Assembly (NCBI GenBank): GCA_024137785.1
Contig: JAHRHZ010000021.1
Span: forward strand, 23,494,549-23,558,548
From: Ginglymostoma cirratum
Taxonomy: Eukaryota
Direction of reading: 5' to 3'
Length of the DNA: 64,000 nucleotides
The notes beneath the pieces are model-generated. The model had not been told where the DNA came from and ran no database searches. It saw only the letters and a list, made by a program, of their open reading frames with translations. Shown here piece by piece: positions 50,031 through 61,807 of this stretch (the stretch's first letter is position 1; each line of letters opens with the position of its first letter). Both the position numbers and the translations under genes were made by a program.

Positions 50031-51792
50031 TTGGCTAATGCAGAGCATAAATACGCTCAGATAGAGAAGAAAGGTTTGGCGGTCATATTAGGTGTCAGAA
50101 TGTTCCACTAATACCTTTACAGATGTAGGTTTGTAATAATAACGGATCACCAAACCTTGCTAAGTCTACTTAAAGATGACAAGACAATGCTGCCCGTAGC
50201 TTCAGGCAGAATTCAGCAGTGGGCTCTAATACTAAGTGCATATAGTTACAAATTGGAACACCATCTGGGAGGCTAAGTAGTGAATGCTGATGCATTGAGC
50301 TGCCTCCCGCTGGCAGGTAAACCACTAGTGTTACTGCCACTTGAAGAATCTGTAATGATTTTAAATTTTCTGGATACACTTCCAGTCAGAGCTAACAATA
50401 CCAGACTTTGGACATAAAAAGATCTTGTCGCGGTAGAACTGAAACAAACTAGTGCTGATGGAGGGTTCCCAAAGGGGTCACAACCAGAATTGAAACTGTT
50501 TTGGGCCCAGAGTGACTAGGTCACAGTAGAGGTCGGCATATTATAGTGGGGAGCAAGAGTGATTGTCCTAAGAAAAGATTGTTGCCAGATCATGGCTGAA
50601 CTCCACCAGAGTCATCCAGGGGTTTCCAAAATGAAGGTGTTGGCCAATATTGGATGCAGACATAGTTGCATTGATATGGTGGTGCCCAGAGTGCCAACAA
50701 TGTCAAAACTTATCACCAGGAGCTCCCCCACATTTGTGGGAATGGCTGGGTAAACTCTGGACTTGGTTACACGTTGACTACTGCAGGTCCTTTCATGGGC
50801 TGAATGTTCCTAGTCATTGTGGATACTCACTCTAAGTGGCTGGACGTGCATAGAATTCAATCACCAAACACAGGGATGATGATAGAAAAACTGTGTGCAT
50901 CTTTTGAAAAACACAGAATCATAGACGTCTTGGTCACAGATAACAAGCTATCATTTAACAGCAGGGAATTTGAGTATTTCCTAAAGTCAAGTGGCATTTG
51001 ACATATAAGGACAGCTCCAAACCGTCCATCATCCAATGGTCTGGCAAAAGGAGCAGCCCAAACTTTGAAGGCAAACTTACAGAAATAGCCCACAGCTTCA
51101 TTAGATATCAAACTTTCCTGGTTCCTATTTGATTATAGGACAACTCCTCATTCAGCTATAGAGATAGCGTCAGCAGAGTTGCTAAGGGGGAGAAGACTTC
51201 ACACCAGCTTAAATCTGATCTTTGCAGAATTTGTGGGTTGGGTGGTAGGCAGTGGGGAAACAGCATCAGGGATGTCAAGACCAGACACAAATCTCCGCTA
51301 AGTGAGAGGGACAGTTTACTTCAGGGGATGAAATTTGGTGTACGACCCATGGGAATGACCCTGCAGTGGTGAGAGGCATGATTGAAACGAGATCAGCTCC
51401 AGTGATGTCATGTTTGGGTAGGCGCGACAGTCCTAAACAAACACATGGACCATGTGAAAGCTGCAAACTCGTAAATGGGGTGGGAGCAAAATGTGCCCAG
51501 CTCCTCAGAAAGGCTTGTGGAACCTGTGGGCTCTCCCTTTTCATCATGCGTTGAAGAGACCTCGTAATGTGAGGTGGACACATTGGATGTTGCTGCTTTG
51601 ACACCTTTGCCACCTGAAGAAAAGAATTAATTTCTTCTGAGATGCTTTGGGCCCAAGAGGTGAGCTACTGCGCATTACACATTGCCTGTATCAGAGGCAG
51701 TGTCAGAGGGACCTGAGCCAGTGCTAAAATGCCCCAGTAGGAACTACAAGAAAAAAAACCACACAATGTCCTCTGGCTTAACGGGGAAAGGA

Positions 51793-52000
51793 TGTTGTGA
51801 TTGTAATGAGAGCTCCCTAATTGGGGCTGTTATTCTGCTCCTATCAGGGACCGCTAGATGACAAATATAGATAGGAGTGTCAGAGGTTCTGTTCACTCAG
51901 ACAGCTGGCTCTAAGGAAAATGGATCAGTGTCAAGAACTTTCCACATATAAATAAAGGGTGACTTGTTGTCGGGATACTGGCCTCTGTGGAGTTATTTCA
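51793..52000 (+). repeat. Gypsy 3' LTR
   Basis: TG...CA, preceded by a polypurine tract; direct repeat of ~46830-47016. Confidence 0.9.
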
Positions 52001-52519
52001 CGTGCATTCCAAGTGTCCTGCATCAGGGAAGTGCCATATTAGTTGAGAGGTTGGCAAATTGGATGCCAATGCTGGTGTACGATGTGAACGTGTAGCTGGT
52101 GCCCATGGATCATGCCTTGAGATGTTGTATGGTGCTGGGCAACATGGGAGTTCCTCACAGCCAGTGATAAGCTGAAGTCACTAGGTATTGTGGTGACTTC
52201 CATGTCTAGCTTGCTCAGCACAGATGGGAAGTTGAACATTAATGAGGGGAATTGTGACATTAATAAGATGGTTAACTTGCTATAATCCCCCCGAATTGCT
52301 AACTTGCTACTGCCTAGTAAGAAACTTGCCTTGCTGCTAGGCAATGCATAAAAGATGTAGTCAGGTGCTCCTGACTTCAACAGAGGCTGTGTAAGACCTC
52401 TGCCATAAATGCTGCCATAGCCTACATTGTTCAGGCCCATGTCATTTGTTGAACAACGGGGGTTGCCGATGGGTAGCTAAAAACTGAATTAAAATTGGTT
52501 ATCAGACAGAATAAGGAAC

Positions 52520-53410
52520 AAAAGGAGCTGAAGACATCTTTTCAGAAGAATTAGAAGCAAATGTCAGTCCCAAAATGTTTATTGCCAGGATGACTTCTAT
52601 TCACTCTGCATATCAATGTTTCGAATATCTGCTGACAGATAGTTAGATCGCAATGTGCAGATGAAATCTAAATTGGAAGCATTTTTTTTCAGAAAATCAA
52701 AGACTGTTGCAAAGGGATATTGACATGATGGAAAATTGGTAATGAATTGGTAGATATTACATAATGTGTGATAAGCATTGATTTAAAAAGACAGAAATGT
52801 ACCCTTAGTGGATATAAACGTTGTGCTCTAAGAGCAGAAGTTCCTTGGGCGAACAGGTTCACAAGATATTGAACATAGTACCTCAGTCAACCAAGGTTTC
52901 ACAAAAGCTAACCTTTTAAAAAATTTTATCAAAAAATGTATAAAATATAAATGTGAAAAGGAATCTATATGAAATCTCAGTTAATATATAGGGTCTGTAT
53001 TATTGGAGTACACACGATAGGAAGGAAGTGAGGCTTCAGAGAGAATACAACACAAATTCATGGAGGATGCTGCCTGGTATGAGAAAATAAAAAAAAAAGC
53101 AAAACTTGAAAAGAAAACAGCTTACATTATAGATTAATATGATAAAGGTATTCAAACTTGAAAGGAAGAGACCGAATAGGTAGAAACTGCTGTTTCCATT
53201 TGTTGAAGGGATTAAACTGAGGTTCATAGATTGAAGCAATTAGAACAGAAAGATGGAGTTACATTGTTGTTCTTGTGAGAGAGTTTTGGGGCTGCATAAC
53301 TCACTTCGGAAGTTAGTAATGCAACCTTCAAGACTTGACTCAAAACATAGGTTAAGGAAAATGGTTTGAAGGAATACGGAAATAGCACATTGCCCAAAGT
53401 CATAGCATGA
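52520..53410 (+). mobile_element. Very old CR1 3' fragment
   Basis: Degenerate cADemk, LQRDID, and gagagttttggggctgcataactcactt (RV...WN.LP-like). Confidence 0.55.
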
Positions 53411-53669
53411 GTGGCTGGCTCTCATGACAATTCACACAAACTATTGCAGTAAATTTGCTGCATTATTGCAATGGCCAAATGATTATTAATTTTAGGCACC
53501 AGGAGGTCCACAACACACATTGGAAATCCTTGTCCAGGTCCAGGATCACTTAAAAGCATAGTCCAACAGAGATACTGTCAGACAGTAAGGTCTAAAGCTT
53601 ATGATAATCAGAATAGTTTAATTTTGGGTTAAACACTACACTTAATAAAAACAACAACACCAATTAGCT

Positions 53670-54530
53670 CCATTTGTACAGTGTTTCTACTCTACAGTAA
53701 TGCAGCAATGTACTACATGTGCATCAGAAAATATTTGACACTGAATTGCATGAGGAGATATTAGAACAAGCAAAAAAAACTTGATACATGGCTTAGGTTT
53801 TAAGTAGCATAGAATCAAGAACCCCTATAGTGTGGAGCAGGCTATTCAGCCCATCAAGTCCACACTGACCCTCTGAAGAGCATCCCACCTAGACCCACCC
53901 ATTACCTTATACTGAAACCCTGCATTTCCCATGGCTAACCCGTGTAGCCTACACAGCCCTGGACATTATGGGCAACTTAGCATGGCCAGTCGACCTAACC
54001 TGCATGTCTTTGGGCCATGGGAGAAAACTGGAGTACCTGGAGGGGACTGAAGCAGACTCAGGGAGAATGTGCAAACTCCACACAGACAGCCACCTGAGGC
54101 TGAAATTGAACCCTTGTCCCTAGTGTTGTGAGGCAGCATTGTTAATCCCTGTGCCACTGAGCTGCCACAAAATACTTGAAGGTAGACACCTCAAAGGAGA
54201 TTTGGAAGTGGAGAAATTCAAGGATGGAATTCGGCTCGTAAGACCTTAGCAGTTGAGGGCACGGTAGATCAATTAAAATGGGGATGTGCATAAGATCAGA
54301 TATGTTGGAGAATTATTTAAGACTGGATGAGGAGCAAAACAATAAAGGACTGTGAAAACAAATATGAGGTTTTTAAAATAGAGACATACTCAAATCAGGA
54401 GATAATGTTCACCAGGATGGACAAGGATTTGTGTGGGTTAGGATTTAGGCAACAAATTTTTGGATTAATTACAAAGGATGAATGACGGTGGACCATCAGG
54501 AAAGAATTAAAGTTGTACAGCTTAAGGGAT
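53670..54530 (-). mobile_element. Old L2-type LINE 3' fragment, interrupted by an HE1 SINE
   Basis: atttgacactga..catgaggagatattag..ggttttaag..gaattc..cagttgagggcacgg pattern, resembling shark L2 3' ends. Confidence 0.5.
53809..54167 (-). mobile_element. HE1-type SINE
   Basis: Reverse complement homologous to 36962-37309. Confidence 0.9.
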
Positions 54531-54779
54531 ACAAACATACCATCTTCCTCTCCTTTGATTAAATTGATCCATTTGGATTGTATCTAAAATAAACACATGA
54601 CATGTGTTTCTCTGTTCCTTTCCCATTACACTCTAGGCCTCAGGCAGCTGGAATAGACTATCGCTCTTTGTGTTATATATAGTGGCGACATTTTGTAGCA
54701 AAAGTATGTTCATTCCTTTTGATCTATGAGAAAATGTGGCAGAACCATTATTGATTATCATGCTAGATACTAAACAAAC

Positions 54780-55120
54780 CTGAACAATCATTATTTAATA
54801 ATAGCTTCTTAATTCTATCCAATTTTCTCAGCCTTTTTTGGCAGTTCTAGCAAGGTCACGAAGAAGCAATGTTCTTTTCCTCTCAAGTTTTAAGAGTCTT
54901 TGCTGTCAGATAAAAAAGGCATGGATTTTTTTTTTTCTTCACAACTTTTGTGAAGAGTGTAGCAAATGCCAAGGTTCATTTGATTCATTGGACTTTGTTC
55001 TTAGGTGTAGATGTATTGCCTCAATGTATGCGGTACATTTTTCCCAAGTGGAGCATTCTTCATACAAACTGCTAACTGAATTTTACTGTCTGTTCGTACA
55101 ACTTGAAACTTTCAACGATA
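54780..55120 (-). pseudogene. Exon remnant similar to the FSIP2 N-terminal coiled-coil region
   Basis: Acceptor caattttag, donor gtttgt. YIEAIHLHLRTKSNESNEPWHLL...RKKKIH...QRLLKLERKRTLLLRDLARTAKK vs recalled FSIP2 YLDMISRKLEQLERTAEEQRLFL...RQREH...RRKIEEEWKTKEMLLLTRMAEDVKR. In-frame stops present. Confidence 0.5.
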
Positions 55121-55420
55121 CTAAAATTGTTTACTATTATTAATGTTAATGGTCTATGGGAAACATGATTGTGGAAGATTTCTAGCTAACATGTACAGCT
55201 TTATTCTATTTTTCTTTTGTTATGAACTCTGCAGAACAGTTAATTTAAAACAAAAGACCTTTTCTATTTTCAGTTACTTACTGAAAGGATCATGTGTCAG
55301 AATCACAAGTTTTAAGATTTTCACTCTAACAAACAAACTGAAAGTAACATTGATTAATCATTTATTAATCAGCAAGTAATGCTTGAAGCTGTACAAAAGT
55401 TTCCCCATTTAATATTTGAA

Positions 55421-55780
55421 GGGGCAGCATGATGGCTTAGTTGACAGCACTGCTGTCTCATAGCGCCAGGGATCCGGGTTCAATCCTACTGTCAGGCAAC
55501 TGTCTTGGTGGAGTTTAAGCATTCTCCCTGTGTCTGTGTGGGTTTCCAATAGGTGCTCCAGTTCCTTCCCACAAACCAAAGATATGCAGGTTAGGTGGAT
55601 TGGCCATGCAAAATTACCCATAGTGCTCAGGGATGTGTAGGTTAGGTGCATTAGCTATGGGAAATGCAGGGTTACAGGGAAGGGCAGGGGGATGGGTCTG
55701 TATGGTATGGTTTTTCAGGGGGTCAGTGGAGACTCACTGGGCCAAATAACCTGTTTGCACAGTTTATGGATTCATATGGA
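55421..55780 (+). mobile_element. HE1-type SINE
   Basis: ggggcagcatgatggcttagttgacagcactgctg head; B-box ggttcaatcc; same body as the other copies. Confidence 0.9.
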
Positions 55781-56702
55781 TACATGATCACAGTTATCCT
55801 TGGGTTTGTGAAGTTCAGTGACAGCTTGGGAAACCCTTGAAACCCCATTGGTTAAGATGGACTCTTTCTTTTCAAGCCCATCTACTTGGGCCTCATTTCA
55901 AGTATCAATTACCTCTCCTCTTTATTCCCAACTCCATCTTAGTTTGGAATTAAATTGACAGCTTAAAGTATAACTATTTTTAAGCCTGACATTCCTAATA
56001 CCTCACAACAAGACTTGGAAACACATTCCCCTGATCAACATAGATGCTGTTGTAGATTCACAGGTATGAACATCTTCCATCATCCTAGAATATCTCTTGA
56101 TCTTGGCCCCTCCATTTCGCACAAATACAAAGCTATCCAGTTGACAGATAGAATTCAGTGCAAGTCCCATGACCCCCAAACTACTTTATTTTCCTTCAAA
56201 TTAAAAAAGACAGTTGCAACCTCGTAATATTGAACTTATAACAAATTTCTTAAACTTTGTATTTCTAACATATTTTTAAATTGTTGCATTGCTATCTGAT
56301 TGATATATAGTTTCACAAATTCATTCACTCATTCAATATTTGGCTACATTAAAACCTGAAGCAGAGGTAGACCTTATACCTGTTCCTGACCTTGTATTTA
56401 TGTTTATTAAGATCTGCACATTTCTTAAGAAACAGCCTTTGCTGCTTCTGTACTGAAAAACCTTTACTTATGTATCAACAATCAGGAACAGTGTTCCAGC
56501 TTTCAGATTCTATATGACACTTCACTGGTTTGATATTTGCAACTAATATGTGCACAGGAGTTTTTGTTTTCTTCTTTTAATTAAGGTGATATTAGACGTT
56601 TCTTTGGTCTAACATTACTAATGAGCCAGTAAAAAAAAAAATTAGCTGTTTTCTTGGTGATAAATGCCCTGTCTACAGGTCTGTATAGTTGTCTGTACTC
56701 AC

Positions 56703-58600
56703 AGAAAATAATACTGCTGAGAGGGAGAAATTCTCCCATTATCCTAATTCTTTGTTGTCCAAAGGTGATTTCTGATTGGTCTTCAGTTAGATTTTCAAGT
56801 ATCTACCACCAAAATATTGGAGGTTTTCAATAAAGCCACTGCTGCTATTATGATGGGAGTTTGCCTCCAAAAGGGTGTTTTACGTGATGCAGAAATGCTT
56901 ATGTTACCCCTTGTAACATTAGAAACTGGACATAGATTCTTCCATACGCTGAAATCTAACAGAAATTTTTTACAATAAATATTTTTTCACACATTACATT
57001 CCTCAGGCATATAAATATCTGGGCTAATATTAATTTCTTAGTTTACAACAGAAAAGCATGCTTCCACTGATTTGAAGTAAGATGGAGTATGAAATCTTCA
57101 TTCAAAGATTGACATGATGCAGGCTCTTCATCTGTTACCTTTGTCTCTATGTCCACTTCTTTTACTATGCGTCCTTTCCCCAAAATGGACCATTTTACCT
57201 GTCTCCAGTATTTTGCCTTAAACTTGCCCTTTCTCTCTGGGCTGTTATTGAACCTTCACCTTTCCAGTGAAAAAATTCTATTGGCACTGAATGTACAGAA
57301 TTGCAAGTTAGTTACAGCACAGAGGAGGCTATTCATTCCATTGCATCTGTACCAGTTGTCCAAATGAGAATCTCATTTTGTGCTATTCTCTTGCCTTGTC
57401 CATGTAACCCTGCACATTTACCTTTTTCAAATAACTTCAAATTTCCTTTTGGATGCCCCATTTGGACCTGCATTCATCGTATTTTCTAACAGTTTATTCT
57501 AGACTCCAACCATCTGTTATGTGAGAATCATTTCCCTTGATATCACTTCTGCTTCTTTTGCTTTAAATTTGTGCCCTCTCATTCTTGATCCTTTCATAAC
57601 TGGGAACTATTCTCCCTACTTATTCTGTACAGATTTTTCATGATTTTGAATACTTCAATCCTCTCTAAACCTTTCAGCTTTCTCCTTTCCACAGTAGGTA
57701 GTCTAACTTATCCAGTTTAGTTTCATAACTAAAATTCGTCTTCCTATCTTCATAACTACGAAACTGCATTTTTGTTTTAGATATCCATCATCTGTAGCAC
57801 TTTGCTTTTATATTAATCTATGCATAATCCATGGACGATTCTACAATTGAAATGATTTAGATGATGGAGACGTTGCATCTAATTCAAATGAGCGATTATG
57901 CAGGTGAAATTCAACTTCAGTGGAGCAGTAAATGGGCAGATGAAGATCAGTTGCATATTAGACCTCTTCTTTGGAAAACGGCATGTATCCCTGTTGAAGT
58001 TTTATGCTATTCCTGATGAATCAGGTCTAAAAGACTATAGTGCTAATCACTGCTATTTCACTGGAGAGCAGCATCATTTTTGCCATCATTTAAAATGTCC
58101 TGTTTCTCAAGGTTGTTACAAACCTTGAAGTGATCAACAGCCTCGATGAGACCAGTCTGAATAATATGCTAAATGTCTGACAACTCTGTGTTTCTGTAAA
58201 CTATGCTAAATGACGTCCTAAGCAATATGAATTGGATTACAATGCAATAACTTTGATTGCAATGTGACCTCCTTAATGCATTCACTAGCTTATAGAATGA
58301 ACTGTAAACTACTTCCAGAATCTTTCAAGTCATGCACATTAGCTGCAGCTTCAAATTTTGGGAAACACAACTGTATAATTTCCTGGCTGTGTTTAATTTC
58401 CAAATAGAATACCAGCAAATTGCAGGAACACATTGAGAATGAAATTGGTCTTTGAAATGTTGCAGTATGGACAATTCTGAATTGTCATCTTGTCTTGCAC
58501 ACAACGATTGAAGGGAGCTTTGCACCAGTACTAAAATGTACTGTTGATTTACTCCTGCCAGTTTTGTTACCCTTTCCATTCCATTGTTTCTCCCCACATC
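56703..58600 (-). pseudogene. Decayed long exon split by a CR1 insertion
   Basis: About 170 codons with only 2 stops from 58597 downward (MGRNNG...KILEVVYSSFYKLVNAL...IIQTGLIEAVDHF); about 70 open codons at 57260-57050; gtgagt donor at 56697-56702. Confidence 0.4.
57296..57750 (-). mobile_element. Old CR1 3' fragment
   Basis: agttacagcacagaggaggctattc 3'UTR pattern; SHITDGWSLE and IENHEK-type reverse readings. Confidence 0.7.
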
Positions 58601-58937
58601 ATGATGTTCCTTTGGCTGAGAACAGATAAGATGTGATATCTAATTTGCTATTTGCCAATGGTAATGTTCATTAGATTGTGATTGATGGTTATTAGGAATC
58701 CTCTGGAAGGGTTTCTAGTGTTTAAGTATGTATGTTGCTCCAGGAGCTACAGCAAGTGGAGTAGCTCTGTAATGAGTAGTTGGAGGCTAACACATATAGC
58801 AGTTATAGTTCATTGTGTTAATTAAGTCAATAATTCTGAGTTTTCATATAAGGTAAGTATTTGTGAACAATTAAAAAACTTCTATAGCAAGCCAACCCAA
58901 TATTTTAACAATGAGATGGGATCTTTATGTCACGTGA

Positions 58938-59174
58938 GATAACAAGGTGTAGAGCTGGAAGAACACAGCAGGCCAAGAGGCATCAGAGGAGCATGAGAGC
59001 TGACGTTTCAGGTCTAGACCCTTCTTCAGAAAATTTTCTGAATTATTTTCTGAAGAAGGGTCTAGACACAAAACGTCAGCTTTCCTGCTCTTCTGATGCT
59101 GCTTGGCCTGCTGTGTTCATCCAGCTCTACACATCGTTATCTCAGATTCTCCAGCATCTGCAGTTCCTACTATC
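58938..59174. mobile_element. Head-to-head inverted pair of Penelope-like pLTRs (family A)
   Basis: 58936-59033 is an inverted copy of 59044-59143; 16-bp TSD tctttatgt(c/t)a(c/t)gtga (58922-58937, 59175-59190). Confidence 0.9.
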
Positions 59175-59439
59175 TCTTTATGTTATGTGATGGTTTTTAA
59201 GGAATAAAGTTTTGTCAGTTGCTAAGTTTAACAAAAAATGTTTTTTTTGTTACAAAAGGGGAAGAACAAAAGAACAAAATGAGAAGTCCTATGCTCCTGC
59301 AGATAATTGATGGATACTTTTACCAAAGACAGAGGAATTTTGCCAGTTTAGTCCCTGCTGGAAAGTGAGGAACAATGGCAACAATGTTTCTTTAGGCAAT
59401 GTAAAACTAAAACAAATTTCTGTATATGACTTTAACCAA

Positions 59440-60020
59440 TGGACTCCTGGCCCTGGCACAGACCTGAACATTTGGGCCTCAGAGTGGACCCGGTGTGGTG
59501 GTCTCCTGGCTTGGTGAGGTGATCTTTTGACCCCACGTGGTGCTTTCACAGCCTAGTGTAGCTGTTGTTCGGCCCCATGTGGCAGTCTCCCATCCTGGCA
59601 TTGCGGTCTTTCAGCCCTACATGGTGGTCTTCTAGCCTGGCATGGCGATCTCCCAGCTCAGTGTGGTGGTCTCTCGGCTCGGGGTGGCCTCAGTATGGAC
59701 TTCCAAGATTGCTCCAGAGCAGTCTACCAGTCTTACGAACCTTGAAGTGAAGCCCGACAATCTGGAGCCAAGGCCCAGTGTGGACTTGGTTGGAAGGTCT
59801 GTTGTTCTGAACTTTTATTTGTCTATTTTTAAAATTTATTCCTATGACCTGTTAAGCTGGACTTTTTATTTCTTTATTTTTCTAGTATTTCTTTCTTGAC
59901 AACTTAAATTGAAGAATTTGTACCTCGGTACCTTGTACCTAAGATGGTGCCGTAAGTGGAGACTTGTAAATGTTTCATCGTACTCATTTGGATGCATGTT
60001 ACAGTAAAGCTAATTCAATG
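59440..60020 (+). mobile_element. Non-coding retroelement with a Rex1/Babar-like 3' tail
   Basis: GC-rich body, then tttcatcgtactc...catgttacagtaaagctaattcaa, similar to the Rex1 tail at 8440-8480. Confidence 0.45.
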
Positions 60021-60106
60021 AGATTATAAACTGAACACAGATGAGGTATGCAACACTGCCTATTTATAGCCATCTGTTTGCAATAAATTTAAATCCTCCC
60101 TCTTAC

Positions 60107-60296
60107 ATCATTTGACCTTTTCTAAGTTTGTATCCTTCATTACTCCATGAGTCGGTTCATTTCATGAGATGATCGCTTTTGTTAATGTGAAGAATAACTG
60201 TCCTTTAGTTCGAAGTTCCTCTTCTTTATTCTGAGCCTTTGACCCAATGCCATGGTTTAACAGAACTGCTGTCCCACCCATTTGGTGACGAATGAG
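60107..60296 (-). pseudogene. Exon remnant similar to an FSIP2 N-terminal exon
   Basis: Acceptor gtgtttttag, donor gtaaga. PNGWDSSSVKPWHWVKGSE aligns without gaps to recalled FSIP2 PQHCDVAQVQNWLLKEGTE (P, D, V, W, G, E identical), followed by a stop or frameshift. Confidence 0.5.
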
Positions 60297-60966
60297 CTAA
60301 AAACACCAGCAGCCAAATATAAGCAATCAGAGTAAGAGAAACAACACTAATGCAACATCACTAAGCCTTTACCTTGCCTGTGCATGAATCACAATTGGAC
60401 AATGGCCCAATACTTTCAACAGACTTATTTTGGGAAACTGAATTCTTTTTTGGGAGTTCTGGTATAACCAGTGATACTCCCTGTATGTATTAATTATTTA
60501 TAAACTACTAGTATAATTTACTTTGTGTTGTTCCAGTTCACCTACTGCAGGCTCACTCTTTTTTCTGGCACCGATCCGGCATTATTCTGGGACTTATAGT
60601 AACATTTCAAACAATAACAAGCCAGTTGCAAGGGTCAAGCAATTAATTTTCAAGACTAGGCATGTTAACTTTGCACAGAGTCAATGTGTATCTGATCAGA
60701 AGATTATATTTACTCACACTTGGCAGTATTTACTTAAAATGAAACAATAACTACCTATCAAATCTATCTAAAGTGTTCTTATATTTGTCAGATTGAAAAT
60801 AAAAACAAAAGGCCTTGAATTATTTAAAATTTTAGATATTTTAGACGTTCAATTACATTGCCAGCAAACGTGGGCCGTGGTGCTTAGGGTAATCCTTTCT
60901 GACATATGATCCCTCAATCAGGTACTGATTACCTTTGATCAAGGGATCATTCCACCTACCCAACCC

Positions 60967-61090
60967 GAAGGGTCTAGGCCTGAAATGTCAAGCTTTCCTG
61001 CTCCTATGATGCTGCTTGGCCTGCTGTGTTCATCCAGCTCTGCACCTTGTTATCTCGGATTCTCCAGCATCTGCAGTACCTATTATCTCT
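60967..61090 (+). mobile_element. Penelope-like pLTR (family A)
   Basis: gaagggtctaggcctgaaatgtcaagc...ttatctc unit. Confidence 0.8.
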
Positions 61091-61099
61091 GATGTGAGA

Positions 61100-61600
61100 A
61101 GGCTCTGTCATGGGCACTGAATGGCAATACTATTGTGGACTTAGCCTCATACTGCATCATCTCAGCATAGCTGGCAGCAGTCTGCGCTTGTTGGCTGAGA
61201 GGAAATAGTCAAAGTGGCAGTAGTGGGATATCATTCTGAGACCAGAAACACTGTTTTCCGAGGAGTCACTATCATTGTCACAGTCCAGCACCTCAACAAT
61301 CCTCACAATCTGATTGAACACAGATTACTGCACTGCTGCTGAGGTCCAACTCCACTGCAACACTTGCCTGTGCAGGGTTGGTAGCAGCCAGCAATCTCAT
61401 GACCTCAGTCTGAGCTACCACAACAGCACTGCTTCATTGAGGGGCCTCCCTGACTCATCATGTGCATATCCCAAGTCTAAACCAGCCTCTAAGCTTTACA
61501 TGGTGCCAGTATCTGAGCTGGTGACTGTGAGCATTACGCTAAATGACAGATTCTTCCTCTGAGCTGTCTCTCTGCTGTTTCCTTTCAGCCTAAAGTATCA
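61100..61600 (-). mobile_element. Harbinger Myb-partner gene fragment
   Basis: Reverse complement caccagctcagatactggcacc at ~61502-61523, the motif also seen at ~6403, 15469 and 45092. Confidence 0.45.
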
Positions 61601-61807
61601 GGTGCTGATCAGCCAACAGTCCTCTGCTATCTGAAAGCTCAAAATCATTAAAGGGAAAGATGCTGGTAAAGAGGAAGGAAAGGGTGTGGGGAAGAAAGCT
61701 GAAGTCCACAGATACTCCATCTGCAGTTTCCATTTCAATGCAACTTTCAGGATGCAGGTAAAGACTTAGTTGGAAGTTTGCATAAGGCAGCAATGTACTG
61801 TCATTTG

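Larger units (their letters stand above)
46430..52000 (+). mobile_element. Gypsy/Ty3 LTR retrotransposon, decayed, with nested insertions
   Basis: 5' LTR ends ..ttatttca at 47016 followed by PBS-like gtggctacg; gag FGKLDLFD...DWPQYLER; RT INTHKGLY and YINDALITG; RNase H YAQIEKKGLA; integrase ELHQSHPG, CPEC, LHVDY, VDTHSKW, SSNGLAK; PPT ggggaaagga and 3' LTR TG..CA at 51793-52000. Confidence 0.95.
10520..60296 (-). pseudogene. Putative FSIP2-like gene, heavily decayed; exon remnants scattered among transposons
   Basis: Colinear minus-strand coding-like tracts, several with AG/GT signals: ~60107-60296, 56703-58600, 55282-55337, 54780-55120, 40325-40480, 39588-39900, ~34950-36281, ~31400-31880, ~27100-27720, 25865-26139, ~23830-24400, ~15950-18450, ~13100-13545, ~10520-12600. 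Two align by eye with FSIP2 N-terminal motifs recalled from memory. Many stops and frameshifts. Confidence 0.5.
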
